From positions 736,001 through 800,000 of the forward strand of contig CAXXXD010000002.1 of assembly GCA_963663385.2 (NCBI GenBank): DNA of 64,000 nt, read 5' to 3'. The position numbers and the translations under genes were made by a program. Positions 29,640-39,646 of the stretch are shown here, piece by piece. The notes beneath the pieces were generated by a model that was not told the DNA's origin, ran no database searches, and saw only the letters and a list, made by a program, of their open reading frames with translations. Source of the DNA: Oceanispirochaeta sp. Its GTDB lineage: Bacteria > Spirochaetota > Spirochaetia > DSM-2461. Numbering within the stretch: position 1 is the first letter of the stretch; every line of letters begins with the position of its first letter.

Positions 29640-32573
29640 ATGAACAAGAAATCCATGAGAATTATCCTCACCCTGGGAATGCCGGGACTGATAGTCGCTA
29701 CGGTTATCTGTCTGATTCTATCTACCCATATTTCAACAAAACGTGTCTTTCGGGAACATGCTCAGGATATAATGCGGAATACCGCTTCCTGCACCATAGA
29801 TAAAGCCAGGAGTCATCTGACTCCGGCCCGAGATGCGGCTCTCCTGACCAGTGCTCTGGCTGTTAACAATATTGTAACGTCCCATGATGTTTCTCAAATG
29901 GAGCACTATTTTTATGAACAGCTTCTGATTAATTCCCAGTTTTCCAATATATACTACGGGTCTTCGGACGGAGAATTTATTATGGCCTCCCGCCTGGAAT
30001 CGGATAAGTTCCTGTCCAAAAATATTATGATAAAGGATGGCCGGCGGGATGTCCTGTTCAAGGAAATGGACAGGAATTTCCAGACTGTCCGGGAGTATTT
30101 CGATAGAAATGATGCCTATGATCCCCGTATCCGCCCCTGGTATACGAAAGCAGTGGCGGAAGGGGAACTTATCTGGACGAGTCCCTATGTCTTTTTTACT
30201 TCAAAGAATCCGGGGATAACGACCGCCAGCCCTGTCTACGGCATTGAAGGCGAGATACTGGGCGTCGTCGGTGTCGATATCGAAATCTCCGACCTTTCCG
30301 ATTTTATAGCCACTCTGCAGATCGGGAAGAGCGGCAAGGCCTTTATCCTTGATGAAAAGGGGCAGGTCATTGCCTTTCCCGATAAATCGAAGATTACACA
30401 TAAAATCAGACAGAGTGATGACCTTAATCTGGTCGCGATAGGTGAACTGGATGATGAAGTCAGCCTGGCCGCCTATAATGCCATACAGGAGTCCGGTTAT
30501 GATTTTGGCGGGAATAAGGAGTTGTTTCTAACCTTTGATTATAACGGAGAGGATTATCATGCCATGTTCGCTCCCTTTCAGATCTCCTATTGGCCCTGGC
30601 TCATCGGCATTTATATTCCTGAAAACGATTATATCGGGCTGCTGAAGCAGAACAGAACATTTACTCTTTCCATCACAGCTGTCCTTGGCGTTCTTACCGG
30701 TCTGATCGGTTTCCTGATTACCCGGTCCGTTGTCCGTTCTCTCCGCTCGCTTCAGGATGCTGCAAGAGAGGTCAGCTGCGGAAATCTGCAGAGTCCTCTT
30801 CATATCAATAGCTCTTACAGCGAACTGGAAGAGACCGGCCGGGTTTTTGAATATATGCGAAGCAGCCTGGAAGACTATTCTTCCCATATGGAATCTCTGG
30901 TCCGGAAAAGAACCGCAGAGCTGGAACAGAAAAACAGCGAGCTGGCAGATGAAATAAACCAGAGGAAGAGGATTGAGAAAGAACTGATCTATGCCCGTAA
31001 CAGAGCTGATGAATCCAGAGAAGCGGCAGAGGAGGCCAATGAGGCAAAGAACAGCTTCCTTGCCAATATCTCCCATGAAATCCGCACGCCTCTCTCGGGG
31101 ATTATCGGCTATGCCGAACTGATAGGGCCGGAAAACTCAAAAGAGATAAATGAAAGTTTCCGGAATACCATATTAAAGGAATCGGAACGTCTTATTGTAC
31201 TGATAAACCGTCTTCTGGATATTACCAAAATCGAATCGGGAAAGTTCTCTCTGGACCTGAGGCCGTTCCGGCTCTCTGATGTCGTGGAGAGCGCCTGGCT
31301 TGATGTAGCCCCCCGTATGGAAGAGAAAGGGCTGGACAGGAAGAGTTCAATTGATCCCGATATTCCGGACCTGCTTCTGGGGGATCCCGATCTGCTGACC
31401 CAGATCCTGACCAACCTTCTTTCCAATAGTGCCAAATTCACAGACAGCGGATATATTTCCCTCGGCATTGAGAGGGGGGATACCGAGAACAGTTTTGTGG
31501 ATCTGAATTTTACCATCAAAGATACGGGGATTGGTATCTCCTCTGAAAAACAGGAAGAAATTTTTTGTGTTTTTCATCAGGGTGACAATTCCATTTCGAA
31601 GCGCTACGGCGGTTCGGGACTGGGGCTGTCCATAGTAAAGGAACTGACAGAACTGATGGGCGGAACCGTTTCTGTCAGCAGCTGTGAATCCAAGGGGAGT
31701 ATCTTTACCCTTTTTATTCCCTTCCGGAAAATAGAAGGTGAAATCACTCCCCTGGACAGGAATGGGGCAAAAAAGAAAATCCCCGGACAGTTTAAAGACC
31801 TTAAGGTCCTTCTGGCGGAGGACTATGTTGTAAACCGGGATCTTATCCGGCACCATCTGGAAGGCACAGGCTGCAAGCTTGTAACCGCCGATAACGGTGT
31901 GGATGCTGTAAAACTCTTCCGGGAAGTGAAACCTGATCTTGTCCTGATGGATATTCAAATGCCTGAACTGGACGGAGTGGGCGCCACCAGGCTTATCCGG
32001 AACGAAGAGGACGGGCATTCTGTCTGCATTATCGGTGTCACCGCCAATGCTTTCCCTCAGGATTTGAAAAAGTACTGGAAGGCCGGGATGAATGACTGCC
32101 TGGTAAAGCCGTTTCGTAAACAGGATCTGTTTGACAAGATAAGCCACTGGGAGAAATTCTCCCGCATGAATTGGGGAATACATGAAGAGGGTATACCGAA
32201 GATTTCAGAAGAGGACTCCCTGGTGTTTGAACCCCATACCCTTATGAATCGTGTCGATAACGACAGAGAGATGGCCCGTATCCTTCTGGAAGGGTTCCGG
32301 GAAGAATCCCGCAAGTCTCTGAAACTGTTTGCGGGGCCTCTGGATGATGTCAGGGAAGATGAGCTTCACAGACATGCCCACTCCATAAAATCCGGGTCCC
32401 TGAATATAGGAGCACCGCGCCTGGCAGAAGCGGCGGAAATCCTGGAGCGGGCTGCCAAAAATACATGGCACCACCTTTATCCGGATGCCATTGAAGCGGT
32501 TGAAAGGGAGTATGCCAGCTGGCAGGAGAGTGCCGATGCGTGGGAAAACTCCCTTAGATCCATCCCTTCCTGA
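29640..32573 (+). CDS. Hybrid sensor histidine kinase (dCache, HAMP, HisKA, HATPase, REC, Hpt)
   Basis: YDPRIRPWY Cache motif, SHEIRTPL, NLLSNSAKFT, GGSGLGL, MDIQMP, AHSIKSGS. Confidence 0.93.
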   Translation: MNKKSMRIILTLGMPGLIVATVICLILSTHISTKRVFREHAQDIMRNTASCTIDKARSHLTPARDAALLTSALAVNNIVTSHDVSQMEHYFYEQLLINSQFSNIYYGSSDGEFIMASRLESDKFLSKNIMIKDGRRDVLFKEMDRNFQTVREYFDRNDAYDPRIRPWYTKAVAEGELIWTSPYVFFTSKNPGITTASPVYGIEGEILGVVGVDIEISDLSDFIATLQIGKSGKAFILDEKGQVIAFPDKSKITHKIRQSDDLNLVAIGELDDEVSLAAYNAIQESGYDFGGNKELFLTFDYNGEDYHAMFAPFQISYWPWLIGIYIPENDYIGLLKQNRTFTLSITAVLGVLTGLIGFLITRSVVRSLRSLQDAAREVSCGNLQSPLHINSSYSELEETGRVFEYMRSSLEDYSSHMESLVRKRTAELEQKNSELADEINQRKRIEKELIYARNRADESREAAEEANEAKNSFLANISHEIRTPLSGIIGYAELIGPENSKEINESFRNTILKESERLIVLINRLLDITKIESGKFSLDLRPFRLSDVVESAWLDVAPRMEEKGLDRKSSIDPDIPDLLLGDPDLLTQILTNLLSNSAKFTDSGYISLGIERGDTENSFVDLNFTIKDTGIGISSEKQEEIFCVFHQGDNSISKRYGGSGLGLSIVKELTELMGGTVSVSSCESKGSIFTLFIPFRKIEGEITPLDRNGAKKKIPGQFKDLKVLLAEDYVVNRDLIRHHLEGTGCKLVTADNGVDAVKLFREVKPDLVLMDIQMPELDGVGATRLIRNEEDGHSVCIIGVTANAFPQDLKKYWKAGMNDCLVKPFRKQDLFDKISHWEKFSRMNWGIHEEGIPKISEEDSLVFEPHTLMNRVDNDREMARILLEGFREESRKSLKLFAGPLDDVREDELHRHAHSIKSGSLNIGAPRLAEAAEILERAAKNTWHHLYPDAIEAVEREYASWQESADAWENSLRSIPS

Positions 32574-32728
32574 CAGCTATTAAGCATTAAATGTCAAAAT
32601 CCTCATAGTTTTTGAAAATATGTCTCATATGCGGCAGAAAGATTCCCGTCCATAATATATCCAGGACGGCTCCTGAAGGGTTCAACCCTTCTTCGAGACG
32701 TACCCAAGATACTAATTGGAGGAAAATA

Positions 32729-34030
32729 ATGAAAAAAACAGTTATTTTTATGATGACTGTCCTGATGACTTTTTCGTTTGCACTGAGTGCCAACGGTCAG
32801 CAGGAAGCAGCAGCTGACGGACCCGTCACTATTGAATTCTGGACCCATGAAGATCCCAATAGAGATGCCATTGAAAACCGTTATGTAGAAGAGTTTATGG
32901 CTGCCAACCCCGATGTTACTGTAAACCGCGTAACCCACTCTTCAAAGAAAATCTTCGAACTGGTTCTGACTGCCTTCGCAGCCAACGCCGGTCCCGATAT
33001 TTTCAATATGCAGATTGAACAGGCTTACTCTTATATTATTAATGAAAGAGTTGCCCCCGTGGATTATATGGCTGCCGGGTATATCGATGCTGACGATATG
33101 GTGGATAAATTCATGGAAGGATCTCTGGATTCTGTTATTGTAGACGGCGAAGTCTACGGTATTCCCCTGGAACTGAATAACTGGGCTATTTACCTGAATA
33201 AACGTGTATTCGCCGATGCCGGTCTGGATGCTGAAAAAGACTATCCCAAGACATGGGAAGAAATGGCTGATATCTCTGAAAAACTGGTTCTCCGTGACGG
33301 AGAAATTATCACCCGCCGTGGTTTTGACTTCCGCTATCCCTACTACCTGATTTCCATGATTCCCATGGTGGAACAGCTCGGAGGAAAACTGGTAAGTGAT
33401 GATGGTAAAACCGCAATTATCGGTGATGAAGCCTGGATCCAGTTCCTGACTTTCATGCAGGAATGGGGCCCCAACGGCAGAAACCTCGGTTCTCCCACCT
33501 ATAAAAACGGTAGAAAACTTTTCAATATGGACAATAACGATATGGGTATGTGTATTTCCGGTCTCTACCAGGAAGCCCGTATCCGCAGTGATAATCAGGA
33601 ATTTTACGACAGCGGCGACTGGATGATCATTCCCTTCCCCGTATTCGAAAATGCTGTAAATAACGTAGCAAGCAACTTCTACGGACAGTACTACATGGTT
33701 AATGCCCAGAACTCCGCTCACGAAATAGAGACAGCCTGGGAACTGACCGGTTACATGATGGGTCATGAAGAAGAGTATCTGAAAGCGGTAAATATCATTC
33801 CTCCCTCAAAGAAGCTGATGAACTCCGAGACTTTCAAAAACATGCCTTACTCTGATGTTTTCGTAAACGATCTGGCCAGAGCCCATGTTGTCTATACAGC
33901 AGAGAACGGTGCCAAAATGGAAGAGCTTGTCAAGGAAGCGGTAGAATCCGTAATGCTCACCGGTATTGCTCCGGTTCAGGCTCACGCTACCCTGAAGGCT
34001 AAAGCTCAGGAACTGCTGAACGAGTATTGA
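32729..34030 (+). CDS. Carbohydrate ABC (CUT1) extracellular solute-binding protein
   Basis: RBS GGAGG; signal peptide ending ANGQQE; IEFWT, GPDIF, DGEVYGIP, PKTWEEM. Confidence 0.9.
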   Translation: MKKTVIFMMTVLMTFSFALSANGQQEAAADGPVTIEFWTHEDPNRDAIENRYVEEFMAANPDVTVNRVTHSSKKIFELVLTAFAANAGPDIFNMQIEQAYSYIINERVAPVDYMAAGYIDADDMVDKFMEGSLDSVIVDGEVYGIPLELNNWAIYLNKRVFADAGLDAEKDYPKTWEEMADISEKLVLRDGEIITRRGFDFRYPYYLISMIPMVEQLGGKLVSDDGKTAIIGDEAWIQFLTFMQEWGPNGRNLGSPTYKNGRKLFNMDNNDMGMCISGLYQEARIRSDNQEFYDSGDWMIIPFPVFENAVNNVASNFYGQYYMVNAQNSAHEIETAWELTGYMMGHEEEYLKAVNIIPPSKKLMNSETFKNMPYSDVFVNDLARAHVVYTAENGAKMEELVKEAVESVMLTGIAPVQAHATLKAKAQELLNEY

Positions 34031-34042
34031 GGTTTCCCTCAA

Positions 34043-34254
34043 CCCTTTCTCGACTCCGCTCGAGAAGCGAGGATTCTTCTTCCAGAGGGAGAAGGGAATT
34101 AAGGACTTTGTAATTATAGAATAACTTATATACCCCTCTCCCTCGATTCCTGAGCGGAGTCGAGGGAGAGGGAATTAAGGGGTGAGGGCCTCAGGGCTGC
34201 CATCTCCCTCTCAATCTCCAGACAAAGTCATAGGGGGGGGAGCGGGGAGATTTT
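34043..34254. repeat. Cluster of REP/BoxC-like imperfect palindromes
   Basis: CTCGACTCCGCTC (34049) and its inverse GAGCGGAGTCGAG (34152); CCCTCTCCCTCG..CGAGGGAGAGGG stem; GGGAATTAAGG occurs twice; G8 run at 34233. Confidence 0.65.
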
Positions 34255-34283
34255 ATGCACCTCTTACTCTAGGAGATAATTTT

Positions 34284-35195
34284 ATGGGAAAAAAAATCCC
34301 TGTAGGAAAAATTGAAAGAAAACTGGCCCGCTGGGGATTGATCTTTGTCGCCCCTTCCATCGTCTTTTTCTCCATTTTCAGTTTTTATCCAATTTTCATG
34401 GCTTTTTATACAAGCCTTTTCAAGAAGAATCTGCTTTCTCTGAAGAAACCGGATTTTATCGGTTTGATGAACTATAAATACCTGTTTACTTCCGCGGATT
34501 TCTGGAATTCCGTAGAAGCTACCTTTGTATTTGCCCTTGGAACGTTTCTGCCTCTTCTTGTGTTAAGTTTGATGCTGGCAGCTTTTATTATGAATATTCC
34601 CAAGGCCGGACGGTTTTTCCAGATGGCCTATTATACCCCGGCGGTAATCTCGTCTGTAGTTTCCGCGGCCATATGGCTTTTAATCTTTGATCCCCGCGGG
34701 TTGGCTAACCAGTGGGCCAATGCCATTATGCAGACCCCCGGAATTGACCATCACTGGCTGGCAAACAGTATAACTGTCAGGATTTCAACGATGATTGTCT
34801 ACTTCTGGAAGTACATCGGTTACTTCGTGATCATCTTCATTTCCGGACTGGCTTCGATTCCGCCCAGTATGTATGAGGCCGCCAGGATAGACGGCGCTAC
34901 CGGCTGGAATGTTTTCTGGCGTATAACCTTTCCCCTCCTGAGGCCGACGGTTGTACTGGTTTCCATTATGAGTATGCTTCAGTGTCTGAAGACCTTCTCC
35001 ACCCAGTACCTCTTTACCCAGTCCGGAGCCCCGCAGGCGCCTATCAACGTTATCACCCTGAATATCTACAATACGGGTATTCGCGACTTCCGGATCGGCC
35101 GGGCCAGCGCCATGAGTATCATCCTGTTTTCTTTGATGCTCTTTTTTACCTGGCTGCAGTTCAAAGTGTCCAGATCCGACGATGTCAGTTATTAA
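34284..35195 (+). CDS. Carbohydrate ABC permease (MalF-like)
   Basis: FIGLMNY, EAA motif YEAARIDGA..FWRITFPLLRP; RBS AGGAG before MGKK. Confidence 0.92.
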   Translation: MGKKIPVGKIERKLARWGLIFVAPSIVFFSIFSFYPIFMAFYTSLFKKNLLSLKKPDFIGLMNYKYLFTSADFWNSVEATFVFALGTFLPLLVLSLMLAAFIMNIPKAGRFFQMAYYTPAVISSVVSAAIWLLIFDPRGLANQWANAIMQTPGIDHHWLANSITVRISTMIVYFWKYIGYFVIIFISGLASIPPSMYEAARIDGATGWNVFWRITFPLLRPTVVLVSIMSMLQCLKTFSTQYLFTQSGAPQAPINVITLNIYNTGIRDFRIGRASAMSIILFSLMLFFTWLQFKVSRSDDVSY

Positions 35196-35207
35196 GGAGG
35201 TCTGATA

Positions 35208-36065
35208 ATGAATAATACTCTTACTTATTTTAAGGAAAAATGGCCTCTTCTTGTAATGTATACCCTTCTCGGGTTGATGGTGCTTTTTACGGTCGCTCCT
35301 CTTCTGTTTATGACAACGGCATCTTTTATGCCTTCCAAAGAGATTGTAAAGATGCCCTATCGCTGGATTCCCAATACCCTGCACTGGCCAAACTTTTATA
35401 AAGCTATTGCCGGGAACGATATGCGTTATATGTTCCCCCGGAATATACTCAACTCTCTGATTGTAGCCATAGCGGTAACTCTGACCACTGTATTCCTGGC
35501 CTGTATGACCGGATACGGACTGGCCAAGTTCAGATTCAAGGGAAGAACAGTTGTCTTTCTTATGATAATGGCAACCATGATGATCCCCTTCGAAGCCATT
35601 ATGATTCCCCTCTATCTGGTTACAACCAAGATGGGTCTTCAGAACAGCTACGGCGGACTGATAATTCCCTTTATGGTAAATGCCTTCGGTGTGTTTATGA
35701 TGCGCCAGTACCTGGTTACATTCCCCGATGAATTCCTGGAGGCGGCCCGGATTGACGGGATGGGAGAGATGCGGATTTTCTGGTCCATCATATTCCCCAA
35801 CAGCGGACCGACCATTGCCACCCTGGCTATCCTGGCTTTCCGTGCCCAGTGGGATAACCTGCTCTGGCCCCTTCTGGTTGTTCAGTCCGAAAAGATGAAG
35901 ACCATACCTCTCTATATTGTTAAATTCACCGCAGAGAAGCATAGTGACGAGGGAGCCATGATGGCTGTAGCCCTTCTGGCCAGCATCCCCATGTTTATCC
36001 TGTTCTTTGCCCTGTCAGAATATTTTGTAGGCGGGTCTGCTGTCTACTCATCAAGGAAGGGGTAA
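35208..36065 (+). CDS. Carbohydrate ABC permease (MalG-like)
   Basis: NSLIVA, GYGLAKFRFKGR, LEAARIDG, WDNLLWPL. Confidence 0.92.
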   Translation: MNNTLTYFKEKWPLLVMYTLLGLMVLFTVAPLLFMTTASFMPSKEIVKMPYRWIPNTLHWPNFYKAIAGNDMRYMFPRNILNSLIVAIAVTLTTVFLACMTGYGLAKFRFKGRTVVFLMIMATMMIPFEAIMIPLYLVTTKMGLQNSYGGLIIPFMVNAFGVFMMRQYLVTFPDEFLEAARIDGMGEMRIFWSIIFPNSGPTIATLAILAFRAQWDNLLWPLLVVQSEKMKTIPLYIVKFTAEKHSDEGAMMAVALLASIPMFILFFALSEYFVGGSAVYSSRKG

Positions 36066-36631
36066 TGCTCTATATCTTTGATATGGGTGGAGTTCTCCTT
36101 CACGGTGTTTTCGAGCTGAAAACCATTCTGGAAAACGCGGGGCATCACCTGGATCTGATGAATCTCTACCGGGATGACCTGATGGATAAACTGTCTGCCG
36201 GTCTGATTGAAGAGGATGCTTACTGGAAGGAATTCAATGCCCGTTACGGAACGGATATTGCCAGCCCTCAATGGGGGAGGCAGTTTAATCCGGAGGTCGA
36301 TCCGGAAATGATCGCCCTGATTAAAGAGCTGAAAAAGAATAACCGTGTGATCTGTGGAACCAATACCATAGAGGCTCACTGGCAGTTCAGTCAGGACAGG
36401 GGCGATTATAAGGTCTTTGATAAGGTTTATGCTTCTCATCTTATGGGTGTAGCCAAACCGGATGCGCGCTTCTGGGAGACTATCCTGGAGGAAGAGGGTG
36501 CAAAACCTGAAGAGGCTGTCTTTATTGATGATTTTCACGACAATGTCGATGCTGCCGCATCACTGGGGATCCGGAGTATTCTTTACAGCAATATCAATGC
36601 TCTGCGGGAGGAACTGACCCTTTCTGTTTGA
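36065..36631 (+). CDS. HAD-family phosphatase (YihX-like)
   Basis: IFDMGGVL, TN, KPD, FIDD motifs; TAATG coupling to the permease. Confidence 0.88.
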   Translation: MLYIFDMGGVLLHGVFELKTILENAGHHLDLMNLYRDDLMDKLSAGLIEEDAYWKEFNARYGTDIASPQWGRQFNPEVDPEMIALIKELKKNNRVICGTNTIEAHWQFSQDRGDYKVFDKVYASHLMGVAKPDARFWETILEEEGAKPEEAVFIDDFHDNVDAAASLGIRSILYSNINALREELTLSV

Positions 36632-37379
36632 GTCCGTTCTGGTACTGATTGGGGGTCACCCCGATGTACTTCCGGAACTGACCGCTGAAATAACTCATAT
36701 CCCGGAATCCTGTCATACGGGCAATCTCATTAATTCTGAGGCTCTGGTCCTGCATAAGTTCCAGAGCCTTTTTCAGTCTCAGATTCCTCAGGTACTCCAG
36801 GAAGGAGTAGTTTGTTTTGGAACGGAACAGACGGGACAGGTAACTTTCTGTAATTCCTATGTTTCCGGCGGCATCGGACAGGGATATATCGCTTGTGTAA
36901 TTCTGCTCAATAAAATCAATTGTCCGGTTTACATAGAAATCCTGCTTGTCCCCTTCGGGCGGCTTTATATACTCCCTGAAAGGGGAGGGGGACGGTCCGG
37001 CGGATGATTTCTGCTGTTTCAGCAGGGCCGAGACTTTTTTAAGAGCAGCATAGAACTCATCATCATCCACAGGTTTTGTTATGTAGTCTTTCACACCCAG
37101 CCGGATAGCTTGTCTGGCGTAGCTGAAGTCGCTGTAACCGGTAAGGATAAGAGCCGCCGGCGGGGGAGCGTTTTTCAGCATGTTTATACCGTCCTGCCCC
37201 GGCATCCTGATATCGGTAACGACCAGGTCCGGTTTAAGATTCCTGATCATCTCTTCTCCTTCCAGACCGTTTTCCGCCGAACCGATCACTTCGCAGTCAA
37301 AATCCTCCCAGGGCGTTGTCAGAAGAATTTCATCACGCACAAGTTTCTCATCTTCCACAACAAGAACCTTAATCCTCAT
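36594..37379 (-). CDS. YesN-type response regulator (REC + AraC)
   Basis: VEDE, TDIRMPG, YITKP; YLSRLF, GFRDMSYFS. Confidence 0.92.
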   Translation of the reverse strand: MRIKVLVVEDEKLVRDEILLTTPWEDFDCEVIGSAENGLEGEEMIRNLKPDLVVTDIRMPGQDGINMLKNAPPPAALILTGYSDFSYARQAIRLGVKDYITKPVDDDEFYAALKKVSALLKQQKSSAGPSPSPFREYIKPPEGDKQDFYVNRTIDFIEQNYTSDISLSDAAGNIGITESYLSRLFRSKTNYSFLEYLRNLRLKKALELMQDQSLRINEIARMTGFRDMSYFSGQFRKYIGVTPNQYQNGLKQKGSVPPAEH

Positions 37380-39084
37380 CTGTATCCTCCTCCAGCGGGG
37401 TCCACCGGATTCGTATTATAGTCATCCCTCCCTGACTCGTATAGGAGAGTCCGGCCCCATCTCCGTAAAAGAGTTTCAGCCTTCTGTTAACATTGGATAA
37501 TCCTATTCCCTTTTCTCCGTTTAATGCTTTCTGCCAGATCTTCCTGTTCAGGCTGTTCCCATTGTCGGCTATCTCAATACAGGGGGGATTACAGCTGCCG
37601 GTAATATGGATCCATCTCTCACCTGTCAGATTTTCCAGGCCGTGGATTACGGAATTCTCAACAACCGGTTGAAGAATCAGCCGCGGGATGGATTGCTCCA
37701 AAAGCTCATCCTCTATTTCTATGGACCAGTTGAAGTTCTCTCCGTAGCGGATTTTCTGGATCTGCAGGTATCCCTCCACCAGATCTATACTGTCCCTCAC
37801 TCTGCCCAGCTCTTCTCCCGAATCCATGGCGTTTCTGAGCAGTTTTCCCAGTTGTGTTATAATCAGGGTAATATCGTCCACTCCATGGAGCTTGGACAGG
37901 GCCTTTACCGTATTCAGCGTATTATAAAGAAAGTGGGGATTTATCTGGGATTGAAGAGCCTGGCGCTCTGCTGTCCGAAGGGCTTTCTCCCTCTCTACTC
38001 GCATCTCCAGAAGGGAGTGAATCTGCAGGGCCATATCGTTGAAACCGTGTATCAGGATATCAAATTCGTCTCCATTCGTTTCATCCATTCGAACAGTCAG
38101 GTCTCCCTCTTCCATTTTCTTCATGGCTTCCACCAATCCGGTCAGGGGCTGTGTTATTGTCCTGGCCAGACTCATCGCCATCAGGGAGGCGAGGATTAAA
38201 CCCGCTAAGGAGATAGCCAGTATGATCCGTATCAGTATTCCGATATTCGTCGTTACAGTTCCCAGTGTCAGGGTCCCCACAAGGGTAAGCTCTTCCGGAT
38301 AGAGGGTTTTATAGGCGACCAGAGTCTCTCCGGATATAAGAACTCCCGATTCCCCGGAGGGCACACGCCAGTCCAGGCCCGAAAAGTTTCCCGATTCATC
38401 CTCTCTGAAGAGATTTACAAATTTATAGGTGATATTATCCAGAAGGTAGATATCCGTAAAAAATCCCGCATTGATCAGCCTCATCTCGTCCGCCAGAGCC
38501 TGTGCATTCAGGTCGTAAATCAGATAGGCCGATTGATTTTCAGACGTCAGCAGATGGAAGAGGGACAGCGCTACCGTATCTCCCGCCGGATTGATGAAAC
38601 TGTCCACTATGGGGAAGGAGGTTCTGGATCTTTTCAATGCCGCATAGGTGCTGAGAGAAGGATCGGAGGAGTTGGGGTTGAAAATATCCGGAACCACGTG
38701 GGTTGAAAACAGGCGGGTTCCCTTTTGGTGAACAAGGTGTATGGAGGCATCTTCTATCCCTCCTGTGAGTTCCTTATATATTGTCGTGTAAAGCTTTGAA
38801 AGCTCCATCTTGTCAGGATAGTCCTCAGAGAACAGGACATCCCGTATGCCGGGGGTTTTTGACAGCTGTAAAGCCGATTCCCGGTAGTGATTGATGGTCA
38901 GATTCATCCTTGAACCCAAAAGTTCCATCCGGCCGTCCGATTGATCGCTGTATGTTGACTGGACCATACGGTTGGAGAACAGGATGGTGATTGTTCCCAG
39001 AAGAAGAACCTGAATCAAACCGCTGAGCAGTAAAGAGAGGAAAATCTTTGTCAGGAAGCGGCGGGGCAGAAAGCGGTATCTCAT
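37369..39084 (-). CDS. YesM-type sensor histidine kinase
   Basis: 2 TM, HAMP, QSQINPHFLYNTLN, QPVVENS, DNG, GIGLSNV. Start set at MRYRF (ORF track starts at 39207). Confidence 0.9.
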   Translation of the reverse strand: MRYRFLPRRFLTKIFLSLLLSGLIQVLLLGTITILFSNRMVQSTYSDQSDGRMELLGSRMNLTINHYRESALQLSKTPGIRDVLFSEDYPDKMELSKLYTTIYKELTGGIEDASIHLVHQKGTRLFSTHVVPDIFNPNSSDPSLSTYAALKRSRTSFPIVDSFINPAGDTVALSLFHLLTSENQSAYLIYDLNAQALADEMRLINAGFFTDIYLLDNITYKFVNLFREDESGNFSGLDWRVPSGESGVLISGETLVAYKTLYPEELTLVGTLTLGTVTTNIGILIRIILAISLAGLILASLMAMSLARTITQPLTGLVEAMKKMEEGDLTVRMDETNGDEFDILIHGFNDMALQIHSLLEMRVEREKALRTAERQALQSQINPHFLYNTLNTVKALSKLHGVDDITLIITQLGKLLRNAMDSGEELGRVRDSIDLVEGYLQIQKIRYGENFNWSIEIEDELLEQSIPRLILQPVVENSVIHGLENLTGERWIHITGSCNPPCIEIADNGNSLNRKIWQKALNGEKGIGLSNVNRRLKLFYGDGAGLSYTSQGGMTIIRIRWTPLEEDTDED

Positions 39085-39368
39085 TACAGTCCATTGTACT
39101 TTATCTGCAGGATTTCCGGAAGAAGCGGGTAATAACTGCTTCGCGGATACTGCTGGCATATTTTTTTTATGGTCTGTTTTTCCGGGAATCCTCCGGGAAT
39201 TATACAAAAGAGTATTCGTATTTATTTTTAGAGTGTACAGCAGAAACCGGGCTCTCAGAGCCTGAGAGGTCTGAAGGTACTTGTTAACTAATAACTGTTT
39301 ACAATGACTTTCTGCTTATTATTGACAAAAGGAATAATAATGTCAAAAACGTAGGAAAATCCTTATTA

Positions 39369-39407
39369 TTTGCATAATTATACATTTAAATTGGATTATT
39401 ATACATT
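39369..39407. promoter_or_regulatory. Tandem ARG-box-like operator upstream of dppA
   Basis: TTTGCATAATTATACATT, a 3-bp gap, then ATTGGATTATTATACATT: two 18-mers resembling ArgR boxes. Confidence 0.55.
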
Positions 39408-39646
39408 TTCCGAAACAACCAAATTGTAATATACAGCGTCGAAAAATTACATCCCCGTATTTTTTTTGTTGATTAATAAAGAAGTTCCGGACTAAAATAT
39501 TTCACTATACTTTTTCTTAATTAATCCTAAGTAACTATATCGAAAAGGGTTCCGGATGATCGCTCTTTCAGGTAGAAACATCTATGGTATGGTTCTTGCA
39601 TTATATTGGGAAAACTATAACTACATTTTTTATCTAAGGGGATAGT

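Noticed and set aside
34043..34254. CRISPR array or IS ends
   Set aside because: No regularly spaced identical repeats, and no cas or transposase genes in the window.
34785..35942. 385-aa antisense ORF (likewise 42157-43296, 32942-33766, 5727-6488, 48121-48915, 62401-63153)
   Set aside because: Each fully overlaps a well-supported sense gene and shows no recognisable protein motifs.
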